Shown here piece after piece: positions 39,841 through 53,090 of a stretch of DNA of 64,000 nt. The DNA lies in contig NW_021836137.1 of the NCBI RefSeq assembly GCF_006345805.1, positions 1 to 64,000 of the forward strand. The letters are read 5' to 3'. The DNA comes from Octopus sinensis (lineage: Eukaryota). The stretch's first letter is position 1. Each line of letters begins with the position of its first letter. Both the position numbers and the translations under genes were made by a program. The notes under the pieces are model-generated. The model saw only the letters and a program-made list of their open reading frames with translations. It was not told where the DNA came from and did no database searches.

Positions 39841-40959
39841 GTGTAAGGACATAAATAAGCTTTAGTTATGAATAAAGGTTCAAATCCATTCCTGTATCAA
39901 TGTACAAACTCAAAAGTGGCAGCTAATAACAATCAAAAATCAAGCAACTGGTACAAACAATATGAGTTTTGTAGAGAATTATCCTCTCAATAAAAATATC
40001 TCATCTCTAAACTATATGTATAAAAAAGCTAAAAGTTTAAATAACATGTATGCTAAGTTAAAAGTTTTGTAATATTAAATTATGAGTAGATGTTTTGTGA
40101 TGGAATAAACAGAAAGATGCTTAGAGCAACGTATATTAGGATTTTCAACAAGCGAAGTATAATATGTAACAGAAATATACAACAGTATAATAAATATTTT
40201 TAAAAACTCATTAATGAAAAGATTACTTATTTTGTTTCATTTTCTCCTAGTAATGGCTATTATATATTTCAACTAAAGAAATTCAAGATAATAAAGTAAA
40301 TTCAATAGAAATACACACAATGGTTGGTATGGTGGTATATTACTTCTGTATTGTTTCTTTAATTGTTGTTTATTATTAAAAAATTATGCATATTTACATC
40401 CTTGTCTTTTTTGACAATCCTTACAAATGTGAAAATTACCAATTAACAGTATTCTATATACATGACAGAGAATATGAGTATGCGCACATGTATGTTCACA
40501 TGATTATTTTCCAATAGTGTGGATAACTCATGACCCTGGAGCTTATAATAGGTCCTAAAATTATTTTGTTTTTTACATCTCTGATTTGACAAATATCAAA
40601 CACACAATATCTAAAGAAGAAAAGATAACTGCTTTAGTTAATTTTTAAGAAATTGTTTCCAACTTCCAAAGAAAATCTTTTTGAGAGCTTCAGTTATTGT
40701 ATGTATTATCCATGTCACACAAAAATATGAATGAAGTGTACAGACCTATATGTTTCAAAAAAGTTAGGTTAGTGCATAGAAAAATCGGGAATGAAGAGAA
40801 AATTATACAGAAATTCTGTATATGCCACTCTACATCTCATTTGATATCAATGAGGTTGCACTTGAAAAGTTGTATCTTTGCAAAATACTACTGAGATAAT
40901 TTTTGTCATCTCAAACAAGCACAAATGGAATGTAAGAATATACATATACACATAGAATC

Positions 40960-41405
40960 ATAGAGTGTGATACACATACAAGGAGTGGCAAAGGTTCAAG
41001 GAGCTATTACCTTTACTGCAAACAAACTTCTCTGTATGAAAATTAGATTGAATAATGATTGTGTGTAAAGTGTGATGTTGCATGGTAGGGAAATGAGCAT
41101 TGAATGTGGATAATGCATGAAAGCTGGAAAGATATGAAATGTACATGCTAAGCTGAGTGTATATAGTTAGCATGCATGAATAACAGAGTGCAAATGAGTT
41201 GAGAGAAAAACTGTATATAAGAGGAGTAAGATATGTTCAAGAGAGAAGACTAAGCTGGTATGGGCATGTGATGCACAGAGAGGATGGTATATGGGTAAAT
41301 AAGTGCCAAGAGATGCCAGAGGAGGAAGCTGCAAGAAAGACCAAAGTAGACAAAGGAAGAAGTGGTGAAGCTAATCTTAGGAGGTTGACCACAAGGCCAA
41401 GCGCC
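40960..41405 (+). mobile_element. RTE-clade ORF2 C-terminal remnant
   Basis: RFKELLPLL...KLERYEMYML...ELREKLYIRGVRYVQERRLSWYGHVMHREDG. Confidence 0.75.
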
Positions 41406-42304
41406 ACTGAAAGAGGGGGACAAATATTTTATATACTTTAATGTTGGGAAATTGCTAAACAACTGATGTCAGCTATATTTTGTATACACCTTAGTAATTA
41501 TTTGGAGGAGTTTAATTTTAGATCAGTTTAGTTTCTTCATTCCTTGCTTGAATACTAAGCAGCAAGATACCTCTATTCATCTCAGCTTTGACCTGTTAAA
41601 CCTATTCCCATAATAGGGTAGTCCTTTTAAGATTCTTTAATGTCATGCATCAAGTCATTTTCAACCTTTATTACTTTCATGTTCCACTATTGGGAATAAG
41701 AATATTGCAGTTTAGAAGCAATGACAACATGAAAAAGACTTGTCCTAACATTTTTATTATTTATTCAGCAACAATTTATTGAACTAGTTCAGAGTCACTT
41801 CTGTGTAGGATTTCATAAATCTAATACTTTGATTTTGATAGTGCTAACAGAAATCCTTGACACTCAAAAATGTTTAGAATACGATTAGAGATTGGTGTTT
41901 ATTTCATAATGCTAGAAAAGGCAAATTTGCCTTTCATGCTGTTAGAACTTGAGACATTTGATATCTCTGAATGCCAAACAATGCATTTTATGCATAGTAT
42001 ATCTACTACACTTCCGTATTATCATAATCATCATCATTGAAGTTGCAGAAAGTATTTTTGAAATGTGAGTAGTACCTAATAATTTATAAATAAAAATAAT
42101 CTGTATCCATACCATGTTGTCTAACTTTCTGGAAATAGCAACAATATCTCCTTCAAATTACATGCTACTGTCTTCAAAAGCAGAACACATCAGACAGTAT
42201 AGGCCTACCTATATAAAAAAGATTATCTACTCATAACTATAATATCTTTGAGCGTAACTCAGCTCAATGTGAGAATAATATGAGGGTTAAGTTAACATCA
42301 TTAT

Positions 42305-42420
42305 TCATCATCATCATAATTGTTTAACATCTGTTTTCTATGCTGGTATGGGTTGCACAGTTTCACAGGAATCTGGCCAGCCAGGGAACTGACCAGACAC
42401 CAATTGTTTCTTGTGGCAAG
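42305..42420 (-). mobile_element. Short RTE 3' end fragment
   Basis: catcatcat...tttaacatctgttttctatgctggtatgggttg. Confidence 0.55.
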
Positions 42421-44399
42421 ACACTGAGTTTAATTATGATTGTAATTTACATGAATGGTATTACATATGATCAGTCTGTCAAGAATTAAAACAATGTCAC
42501 TAACTTGCAGGAGGCCTGAATGTTATGTTGTTGTCCTTTACTTCTTTATCAATATCAGTCTGTATATCTAACACTTAAGTCTGTTGAAAGGCTTTAGCTT
42601 GAAACATCAGTTTTTCCACTTCTTGCAGCAAACGAATTCTCTTGGATATACTTTGTTTTATCACTTAGTCAGTGGGAAAGGGCTGTACATATGTCCCTCT
42701 ATAGAGTCTCCAAGACTGGAGAGAGTGAGGAAGGAATTTATCCTCAAACCGGGGTAAATAGAATAGTCTACTTTAAATTGGAAGCTTGAATATGCAAACC
42801 TACTTCATTTATGTAGAACTTTATCACTGAGCTACATTTCATAAGAAATTACCAAAAGATGTCTAACTAAGGATTTTAGCATAGGCATATTTTAATACTT
42901 AAAAATGGCTAGAGATGTTTCTTAAATCTATAGTTCTTTCTGTATAAACTGACATGAAAATGGACTTTTGTAAAATAGTTATTATGGGAAGAAGGTAAAA
43001 GTAGTTCACATTTTCTAATATTTTTCTTTAGAATATAGCTGATAAGACTTTGTTAAAAAGGAAAAAGAAAAGATTTGAAAACACAGAAGGAAATATATTT
43101 TAATAAATCAAGATAAGAATACTGATTCATTCATAAATATAACCAAATGAAGACAAACAAATATTAATTATGGGGAGTTCAAAATTTAGAAGTCATTGCA
43201 AGAAATATTTTTTAAATGATGTTCTGATATTCAGTAAAGTGAATGTATGTATTTTAGAGAGTATATACTTTTTTTAAATATAAATGTAGCTATATGTTTA
43301 TATATAACTGGATACATACATGTAATTAAAAAAGATTGATACATGTGCACATTCATGAAACATTACCTAATTCATTAAGGTATATAGCTCCTAGATCACA
43401 GATCACACTATGGACATAGACTTAATATTGTTATCCTTCTACATGAATCACAGAAGTCTTCAAAGAGGAAGCTAAGGGCTCAGACAATCTGGGTTTCCAA
43501 ACACTATTTGCAGTTCAATCAGTATCAGCCAGTGTCTGCACATATGTCTACGTACATGAGGTGTTAGGGGACTAGAACAGACTATTCTTTCCATAGCACA
43601 TAAATTAACTCAAGAAATTTACTCTTAAGTTTTTGAATTTATTACCCCTTTTCCTTTGGGAGTTGCTTTCAGCTGTGAGATGATTAGGATTTTGTTTTCT
43701 ATTCCCACCAACTTAAGAAGAAATCTCCCAAAAGTAAAGAATTTATAATATAAGGTATTCAGTACACCACCCTTCAATGTAATTATCCAAACACACCCCA
43801 ATATGTCACTAAGATATTTCTTTTAGTATATTTAATTTTTAACTGTACATTTTACCCATGGTCAAAAATATACATACATAATTCTTTTCCAGTATGTAAA
43901 CATATAACTACTTATTTGCAGTAAACAAACTTCACCAAACTGATGAGGTCTAATAAGCCAAAACATGTGTACATAGTTGCTTCAACAAATATCACACTGG
44001 CTTTTCCATAGTATGTATATGAACTCAAAAATTTCAATTTTTGCTTTGTATCTCTGACTAAGAGGGAAATTTCAAAGATTTAAGAATTCATTGCATACAA
44101 CATTCAGTGTTCAACGCTTTAAATATGTTTACACACAGATAGACGGATATATTTCTGAGGTTAAATGAAATCAAACTCGACAGGAGAAGTTTACACATGT
44201 ACATTAGCACCATTTTTGTCTGTCGACTATATGGAAGCTAACAAATCTAAATGTACTGGAGAACAAGATATTAACCTTGAGCTGAAATGTATTCCGACAT
44301 GATGACATCATGGCATCCTCATTTTTAGATTATGGTCAGAAATTGTGGATGAAATCAACATGTCTCTGTACATATATACACTTGGGCTAAACTCACACA

Positions 44400-44411
44400 A
44401 GCATACACATT

Positions 44412-44465
<54 letters not shown>

Positions 44466-44512
44466 ATGCTTGTTTGTTTATATATATACACACACACATG
44501 TATGAATGTATA

Positions 44513-44553
<41 letters not shown>

Positions 44554-44622
44554 ATGTTTGTTTGTTTATATATATACACACACACATGTATGTATGTATA
44601 TGTGTGTGTTTGTATGTGTATA

Positions 44623-44655
<33 letters not shown>
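44400..44655. repeat. Tandemly duplicated compound microsatellite cassette
   Basis: (TA)n-ttgatg(c/t)ttgtttgtttatatatatacacacacacatgtatg-(TG)n occurs twice. Confidence 0.85.
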
Positions 44656-45929
44656 AACACAACACACACAGATATGCTTATGTGCTGAGGGGAGTGTCCA
44701 CAAATGAAAGTACCATTTTCTTTTTTTGTTAATAAGTATAAGTATACACCCAAACAAAAAATATAGACAAAAAAACTGGTGCCACAAAATTAACTCTTGT
44801 TATGAATTTCTTTCTCTCTCTTTCCAAACACACATACATATACTATATAGCTGCATACTATATACATATATTAATACAAATGAGCCAAGAATATCTGAAA
44901 GACTACCAGAGGATCAGGATAGACAAAATGATAGACTGTCTGGAGGAAGATATCGCATCACAAAATTAAGAGAATCTATTTGAAAAGAAAATATCAATAA
45001 ATAACAAACAAAGAAAGCCAAAACAAGAGAAATCTATTGATTAATGCCGACCCATGCTGCAGAATGATTGAGTTGTTTGGGAAATGAAGTGATTGGCAAA
45101 TAAGAGGAACAGAAGCTAAAACTTTAAAAATAACATAAATGTATAAACAAACAATACCTGTCTAATGTAAATGAACTGGTTTGGGAAACAAGTTGATTAG
45201 ATGTGCAGCACATACATGGGAATGAGTGAGCGCTGTGTGTTTGTATGTGTATTTGCATTTTGTTTATATATTGCTTGCATACATCCCCCCACAAACACAC
45301 ACACACACACACACGTATGTATATACAGATGTAATGCTTCTAAGTATGAAGTGCAAATCTACATACGGACAAATAGAAATGAAATGTATGTAAATGAGGG
45401 GATCACACAGTTATCTACATAGTGATGTACAAATAAGTAAAAGTAAATTAAAGATGTGCATATGTGTAAGGATGTAATAATATATGGCGGTTGTGTTCTT
45501 GCATTTTATGTATGCAAAGGTAATACGCATGAGATTATTTTACGCATGCACACATAAACAGATAAATATGAGACATTTAGGTGCATTTTTTCAAATGTTT
45601 AATATATCAGCCATATTTCAGATATAAAATGGAGGTAAAGGCGGTGCTCCAGCATGGCCGCAGTCAAATGACTGAAACAAGTAAAAGAGTACATAGAATA
45701 AAATTTTAAATAGTAAAATTCCATATATGGGTTAATATCTATGTCAGCCACAATATATACAAACTACTTAGAATTAAATTCACTTAAGGATATATGCATA
45801 AATACGTGTATACACACACATACACATATATAATGATATGGTTCATGTGTTCAAACATTTGTCAATCATATTTATGTATGTCCACATTTTTCCTTATTTC
45901 TTTGATTTCTGTGAAATTAAGCCACGAGT

Positions 45930-45948
45930 GTGATATATATATATATTA

Positions 45949-45997
<49 letters not shown>

Positions 45998-46090
45998 AAT
46001 ATATATATTATATATATAAATATATATATATATAAATATATATATATATAAATATATATATTATATATATAAATATAATATATATATATA

Positions 46091-46182
<92 letters not shown>

Positions 46183-46313
46183 CATATATATATAAATATA
46201 TATATATATATACATATATATATAAATATATATATACATATAATATAAATATATATATATATATACATATATATATAAATATATATATATATAAAATATA
46301 TATATATATATAT

Positions 46314-46347
<34 letters not shown>

Positions 46348-46382
46348 ATATAATTATATATATATATATATATTATATATAT
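45930..46382. repeat. ~450-bp interrupted (TA)n tract
   Basis: Direct reading; periodic AAA and CA interruptions. Confidence 0.95.
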
Positions 46383-48264
46383 AAAAGAAAAAGAAACCTG
46401 TGCAATAACTTCTTTTAAAAGAATATATTTCAGAATATATATTAAATTACTGCACCACATATATTAATACATCAAAACAGGTGTATATGAGGGATTTAAA
46501 ATGTATAAAAGATATAATAAAAAAAAGAAATTACATGAAAATTTGAATGCATGTTGGAGGTGTGTGTATGCATTTGGTTGTTTCCAATTCCATGATGTAC
46601 TCAGCCCACACAGTGGCTGAATGGAAAGCACTCATTCTGTAAATTTATTTCTATGCAGAATGTTTATAGCATGTTCATAACATTCTGCATACAAATTATG
46701 CACATTATGTTATAAATAAATTAATAAGATCTCAAAGGCACTGATATATCTTTAAAAGACATGTAATCTTAAACAGTTTTGTTTAATTAGAATGTAAAAT
46801 CAAAAACTACAAGAAAAGCATTTAATATTTATTTTGAAACATGAAATAATTTCTCATAGTTTAAATATATTAAAATGTTTGATAAATGACAAATTTTATG
46901 AAGAATCTTTTAAATTTAAAGACTGAATATCTGAAAGGTTGCAGCATACAGAAATTTTAGTTAACGAAAGTTATAAGCACCTCTATATTTCATCTCCCTG
47001 TGATTACTCCTTAAATTTGAATAATATCTCCAAAATTGGATGCTGATGAATAATTTTGTTCTCTAAGATATTAAGTAAATGTGATTTTAATGATTTTAAT
47101 TTCATAGCATTATAGCTTGAACTAAAAGAATTAAAAGAGCATTTTATAAAATTTATAAAATGTTACTTGATATAAAATTTTATAAAACACTCTTAAATCT
47201 TGTAAGTTACCTAGATGTATTTATCTCAAAATGTGCTTACTCATAAGAAATCTTTAGTAAAATAAGAATTATTATTAGTTTTAAGGAGCAGGTATGACTG
47301 AGTGTTCAAGAAGCTTGCTTCACAAGCAAATGGTCTTTAGGTTCAGTTCCACAGTGCAGCACCTTGACTAACTGTCTTCTGTTATTGCCTCTGGTCAACC
47401 ATTACCTTGAGGAAAATTGCTAGATGGAAAATGCATCACATATATGATGATAGGTGTGTGTGAGTGTGTGTGTGCGTGCATGCATGCCTGTGAAAGTTAT
47501 CTATTACACTTCTAGCATCTGAGCAAGTACAAATGTGATCATATTTTGCATTTCCGGTGAGTATTACACGTCATGGCTCTGTGCTCTCAAAGCAGTGGAA
47601 TATAAACTCCTGTATTGTGAAACAGATAAGAGTTGGTGACAGGAAAAGCATCCAACCAAAAGCACATGTTTAACATATGCCAACACCAAAAATGAGATAT
47701 AAAAACAAATTTTCAAAGAAAGCTCTCAGGTCAATGACAACATAATTCGTGAGTGGTATTTTTCCTCGGTATTAAAATTATTCAATTTTGATTAACAGAA
47801 ATATTCTTAACAATAAGCAAAAATTAACTGGGTTGCTTTTTATTCCACTAACCATGTATACTATGTACATTATAAATATATGCATTTTTGATTGTAGAAA
47901 ATATATAATAAATGTAAATTAGAATAATCCAATAATTCTTAAAAAAAAATCTCTTGAAATATAACAAAATATCTTATTAACAATATGTATGCCTTCATAT
48001 GTGACTGCAGGATGTGTGTCTATGCCTTTGTATGGTGGAGAGGGTTATCAGATTGAGCAAACATATGAATTCTAGCACTGAACATTTCCTATTTTTGCTT
48101 TTCTGTCAGTGTCAGGAACACTTTATTCATTACTTTTTCTTTTAAAGACAGTAAGGGTAGATTTGGTTGCTGTTTCTAGAAATCAAGTAACAGTATAGAG
48201 GCAACTATGTTAGCTTTCTAGTATTATCTGCTAAATACCGTACAAGATGAGAGGACAAGATGAG

Positions 48265-48480
48265 GCAGAGAAATCACAAATCCCTTCAGGTAGATGGCCC
48301 TGCTTGATCTGTAGAAAATTATAGGTAGAAACTCCATAAGAGTAAGCTTTGGACACATAAAATGTGCAGCAATATCAAAGGAAGGTTAATAGTGAAACTA
48401 GCTTTTGTATGTGAAAGATGCACAGGTACAATAAATGCTGAAAATGTGCAGAAAATACTGCACAAAATGAGAGGACAAAT
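48265..48480 (+). mobile_element. Second RTE fragment carrying a PHD-finger remnant
   Basis: QIPSGRWPCLICRK..GRNSIR..KLWTHKMCSNIKGRLIVKLAFVCERC (frameshift, one CxxC lost); homologous to 56914-57051. Confidence 0.75.
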
Positions 48481-48689
48481 GGACAATTTAGATTCATGAA
48501 GCAAATCACTTTTATGCATTGAAACAGTAAGAAATTTGTACGATCAAGTCTTATTTAATAATCGGCAGCAAAAAGAGATGATAGGAGAAAGGCTTTAAGT
48601 ATTATATAAGAAATGTAAGTCAAAATTGTTACATAACTATTTAAAAAAAAATTAATATATATATATATATATATTGAGTATTGGTTCCT

Positions 48690-49258
48690 TTCAAGCGTTG
48701 GCTGAGTTCCTTTCAAGCGATGGACCTCATATATGCAAAGTGGCCAAGTTCCTTTGAAGCGCTGTGCCTCATGGAGGCAAAGTGGCTGAGCTCCTTTCAA
48801 GTGTTTGGCCTCATAGAGGCAAAGTGGCTGAGTTCCTTTTGACCACTGGGCCTCAGGGAGGTAAAGTGGTCAAGTTCCTTTTGAATGTTAGGCCTCACAA
48901 AGGCAAAGTGGCTGAGTTCCTTTCAAGTGTTGGGCCACACAGAGGCAAAGTGTTTGAGTTCGTTTTGAGTGCTGGGCCTCACAGAGCCAATTACCAAGAC
49001 CTTTGGCATTATGTGGTGCTTGAGAAGAATACCCATAAAGCTGAGAAAAATCAGTCTAGGCAGATACCGGTGTCACACAAATGGCACCCATGCCAGTGGC
49101 ACATAAGCGCATCCATTGCACCCTCAGAGTAGTTGGCATTAGGAAGAGCATCCAGCCATAGAAAACCATACCAAATCAGACTGGAGTCTGGTGCAGCCTC
49201 CCAGCCCAGGTCAAACTGTCCAACCCATGCTAGCATAGACAACGGATGTTAAATGATG

Positions 49259-49260
<2 letters not shown>
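48690..49260 (+). mobile_element. RTE 3' end with a 42-bp tandem amplification of the ORF2 terminus
   Basis: About 7 copies of gaggcaaagtggctgagttcctttcaagtgttgggcctcaca, then accaagacctttggcattatgtggtgcttgagaag, 3' UTR and (GAT)n. Confidence 0.8.
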
Positions 49261-49302
<42 letters not shown>

Positions 49303-49303
<1 letters not shown>

Positions 49304-49594
49304 TCTTGAACATCTGTTGAGCTAATCCATAGTATATGCTTTTCAATTCTTTATATGCTGCCAGGGATCCCAATGAAAATTACATATATATATATATATA
49401 TATATACTAACAAAATAATAAATAAAACATATGCATATATACATACATATATGTACATACCTACATCTATATATCTATATGTATATATACATGCATATAT
49501 ATATATATATATATGCAATTGTAGTGGGATCCCTGGCAGCATATGCAGAACTGATAATCATCTACACTGTATTAGCTCAACAGATGTTCAAGAA
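49303..49594. mobile_element. TA-flanked MITE-like element with ~85-bp inverted arms
   Basis: ttcttgaacatctgttgagctaat...atatgctgccagggatccca is mirrored at about 49510-49594; spacer is TA-rich microsatellite. Confidence 0.75.
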
Positions 49595-51719
49595 TATAAA
49601 TTTCGACTTTTTAGGTACGTCACTGAACTTAGAGAATATTTTCTATGACCAAAAAGATATATTTAGACCTGGGATTGATATGAAATCTACTATAATATAA
49701 GGCAAAAGAGACATATATATGAATTTCAAAAAGAATTTCAGGAGCTATACAGGGAATGTATGGAAAGTAATAAAATAATGAAATACTATGAATGTGTATT
49801 TCTAACATACATTAATAGTTTGGGAAATCCTCATTATTTCGCTACACTAGTATTGGTAAGATAGTTCATCAGGAACAGACAAGCCAAAGGGCTGAGCTGA
49901 GCCCCAATAACTTCATTCAGATAGTTTCTATAGCAGGATGTCCTTCTAATACTAACCACTTTCCAGAGTGTTCAGGATGATCTTTTCATAGCACCAGCAC
50001 TGATGAGGTGACTAAGTATTCACAAAGGAAAAACTCCAGAAGAAAGTGGATATAATATTGAGGAATGTGAAAGTATGATAGTAGGGCAAGTAAATCACAA
50101 ATGCATGTAAATTGTATTAAGGTGAGCTAAATTTGGCAAGGATTTGATCAGCAGCAGCCCAACTATATCATTAATGTAATACCTTCCAATACAGCATGAT
50201 GCTGTGACTAAAACGATATGCAATGCCATTCATAAAAAACACTGCTCTGGAAGGAATTTTAAAAATGGTCACATTATTGAATACATATTACATATATTAT
50301 ACATATTCCATCATTATACAAAGTGTAATGATGTAACATTCACATCAAGTCAGTCACCAAGTACTAACATAACAGGCCTGATAAAATTCTTTGAAAAAGA
50401 AAAGGTAAAATTATATACTCATAAAAAAATCAGCTACCATACAGATATACTTTATTTCAAAACTCTGTAAGAAAGAGATTATTTAAGGAACTATTACTTC
50501 AAAACCTACAGATTCACTGTCCAGATTATAAATTCACATCTATAGCTCTACTAAATAATACACTTGTTTATGTTAGTAGATGCTCTGAAATTTTCTGGCA
50601 GTAAAGAAAATGATAAAGTTAATTTGCATGTTACAAATATAATCTCTGTTTCACTATATCTCATGCATACTTTCAGTTATCTGACCTTTTCTCTCTGTGT
50701 ATATAAGGATATATATTGATAAACTTGTGTGTTTGTGTATATGTGTGGTTTATGAATAATGTTTTAAAAGATTGGTTATATTTTATACTTAATCTTAACA
50801 GTCATTTCAGCTTATTGAGATCTATCTATGCTCTTTTCCCCACATTCAGTACTCTATTTTTTGTTATTCATTTCTCCTGATGCTTGTGGCAGATAACATA
50901 TTGATATGTAACCATTGGCAAATAACACATAGATATGTATCCATATACTCTTACATATGCACATACACACACACATAACATGTAAACATACATAGACACA
51001 TATACCCAGTTGTTTTGTGTGTATGTATGAATGTACATCTGCATATTATTCATTCCACTCTCATTCCATTTACAGTAGATAGGCAGATTGATACAGTGGG
51101 ATATCAGCTACCCCGCTTGGATTGAACCCATTTTCTATTGTTCTGACAAGAACGAAGTGAGTGCTTTAATCTCTAGGCCACAGAAACAATTAATGTTTTA
51201 ATAAACAAAAAATTGACACAGATCCAGATATTTTATTGCAAGATATAATTTTGACAAACTTTTAATCCTTTCCACATTTGCAATATACCTTTCAAACAGC
51301 AATAAATAAAAAATATCACTATTATTAACATAAAAGCCATCAAAACAATAACAATAAAATACAAAAATCACAATTTTCTTCATCAATATTGTTGCTATAA
51401 ATGATATTCAACAGTTCCTTCACAAGTCTATTTCACCTATTTGATGTACATAATACAGCTCTAAGCTAGCTGCTATTTTATTTATGTACACAGAATTCAC
51501 ATCTGTGTCATTTCGATGTTTTGTCTCCCACTGTACTGTGTGATTCTACTGAATGACATACAACTGTTACTAACAATACTATGCTACGCTTCTCACAAAG
51601 CAGCATTTTCATTCATATATCTATACTACACTGATATAGCATGAATTCAAGCTGGAGATCAAAGTGTTTGATAATATTCTCTTTTCATATATTCTGTCAT
51701 TGAATTCTGTATAACAAAA

Positions 51720-51726
51720 TGTATGT

Positions 51727-51760
<34 letters not shown>

Positions 51761-51781
51761 TTACTTATACACATACACACA

Positions 51782-51822
<41 letters not shown>

Positions 51823-51972
51823 CCACACAGCTTAGACACACACACATACATACATACATTCATACATACATTATATATATATATATAATAATAATACAAT
51901 ACACACATGTGTATATATATGTGTGTATACACATATATACATAAATAAATACACATACACACATATATATAT
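51720..51972. repeat. Compound (CA)n/(TA)n/(CATA)n microsatellite
   Basis: Direct reading. Confidence 0.95.
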
Positions 51973-51974
51973 AT

Positions 51975-52115
51975 GACAGGTTTCTTTCAGTTTTTGCAAG
52001 CCAAATGTGCTCACAAGGTTTTGGTTAGCCCAGAGCAATAGTAGAAGACTCTTGCCAAGATGCCATGCAATGGGACTAAAATCAGAGCCATGTGATTTTA
52101 AACAAAGCTTCTTCC
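51975..52115 (-). mobile_element. Degenerate SINE family C head
   Basis: gacaggtttctttcagttt...cttgccaagatgccatgcaatgggactaaa. Confidence 0.6.
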
Positions 52116-52122
52116 ATGTATA

Positions 52123-52613
52123 CAGAGTGACCCAAAAGTAGGTTTACAGTTACCAGTAAGCACTTTAAATTTCTTTTAATGTACTTTATTACATTTAAAT
52201 TTCAATCTTACAATTAACTAAAGTAGCATAGAATAATACTTTCATATGTTTTTATAATTAAGATTTAATATATGTTAATATATGAGTATGAAAGAGATAA
52301 TTGAATAGCTGTAAACCTCATCATCATCATTGTTCGACCGTGGTAAAGACTAAATTCCATAGTCTTTTCAAATGGCTAATAATGTGTGCACGTGCCACTA
52401 CTACACACATTGGAAAGCATTGTACAACCAAGTACTAAAGAAGATCTTTCCTCCTCCATGAAACAAAGCTGTTTCCGCTGGACGTCAACCCAGTATTTCT
52501 AAGCTATGGACCAAGTGATTTATTGTAAGGTTATCTCCCTAGATAGATTGCCTTCACTACGGCTAAGGAGCCCTTTCTACCCCAGCATGTAAACCTACAT
52601 TTGGGCCACACTG
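52123..52613. mobile_element. Tc1/mariner-type MITE interrupted in its right TIR
   Basis: Left TA-cagagtgacccaaaagtaggtttacag; right tgtaaacctacatttgggccacactg (3 mismatches). Confidence 0.7.
52319..52587 (-). mobile_element. 269-bp (GAT)n-tailed non-autonomous retroelement with 9-bp TSD
   Basis: TSD tgtaaacct at 52310-18 and 52588-96; 5' part ggctccttagccgtagtgaaggcaatctatctaggg resembles RTE/BovB 5' UTR. Confidence 0.7.
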
Positions 52614-52649
52614 TGTATGTTTATACATAGAGTAGGGCCTCACAGTACA

Positions 52650-53090
52650 AGTGCAAAATCTGCAGCACAAGTACCTTTGGTGATATGCTGTGCTTGAAAA
52701 AACCAGTCAAGCCAAGCGAAATTGTAGTCATGGCTGATATTGGTGTCATGTAACTAGCATGTAAAGAGCACCTTTTGAGCATTGGACCTCACAGAGGCAA
52801 AGTGGATGAGTTCCTTTCAAGTGTTGGGCCTCAGGGAGACAATCACTGAAACCTTTGGCATTATATTGTGCTTGAGAAGACCCCTCAATCCAAGCAAAAT
52901 TAGTCATGGCACATACTGGTGTCACACAAGTGGCACATAAAAGCACACATTACACTCTCAGAGTAGTTGGCATTAGGAAGGGCATCCAGCTGTAGAAATC
53001 CATGCCAAATCAGACTGGTGTCTGGTGCAGCCTTCCAGCTTACCAGCCCTGGTCACACCATCCAATGGACGTTAAATGATGATGCTCATG
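52650..53090 (+). mobile_element. RTE 3' end with two 42-bp units
   Basis: cctcacagaggcaaagtggatgagttcctttcaagtgttgggcctc, then 3' UTR and (GAT)n. Confidence 0.7.

Noticed and set aside
45794-46460. ORFs of 85-150 aa rich in Y/I (also 44308-44753, 51723-51962, 53630-54030, 26070-26364)
   Set aside because: Translations of (TA)n, (CA)n and (GATA)n microsatellites, which lack stop codons in some frames.
48690-48990. CRISPR-like array
   Set aside because: Units are head-to-tail with no unique spacers, derive from the RTE terminus, and the context is eukaryotic with no cas genes.
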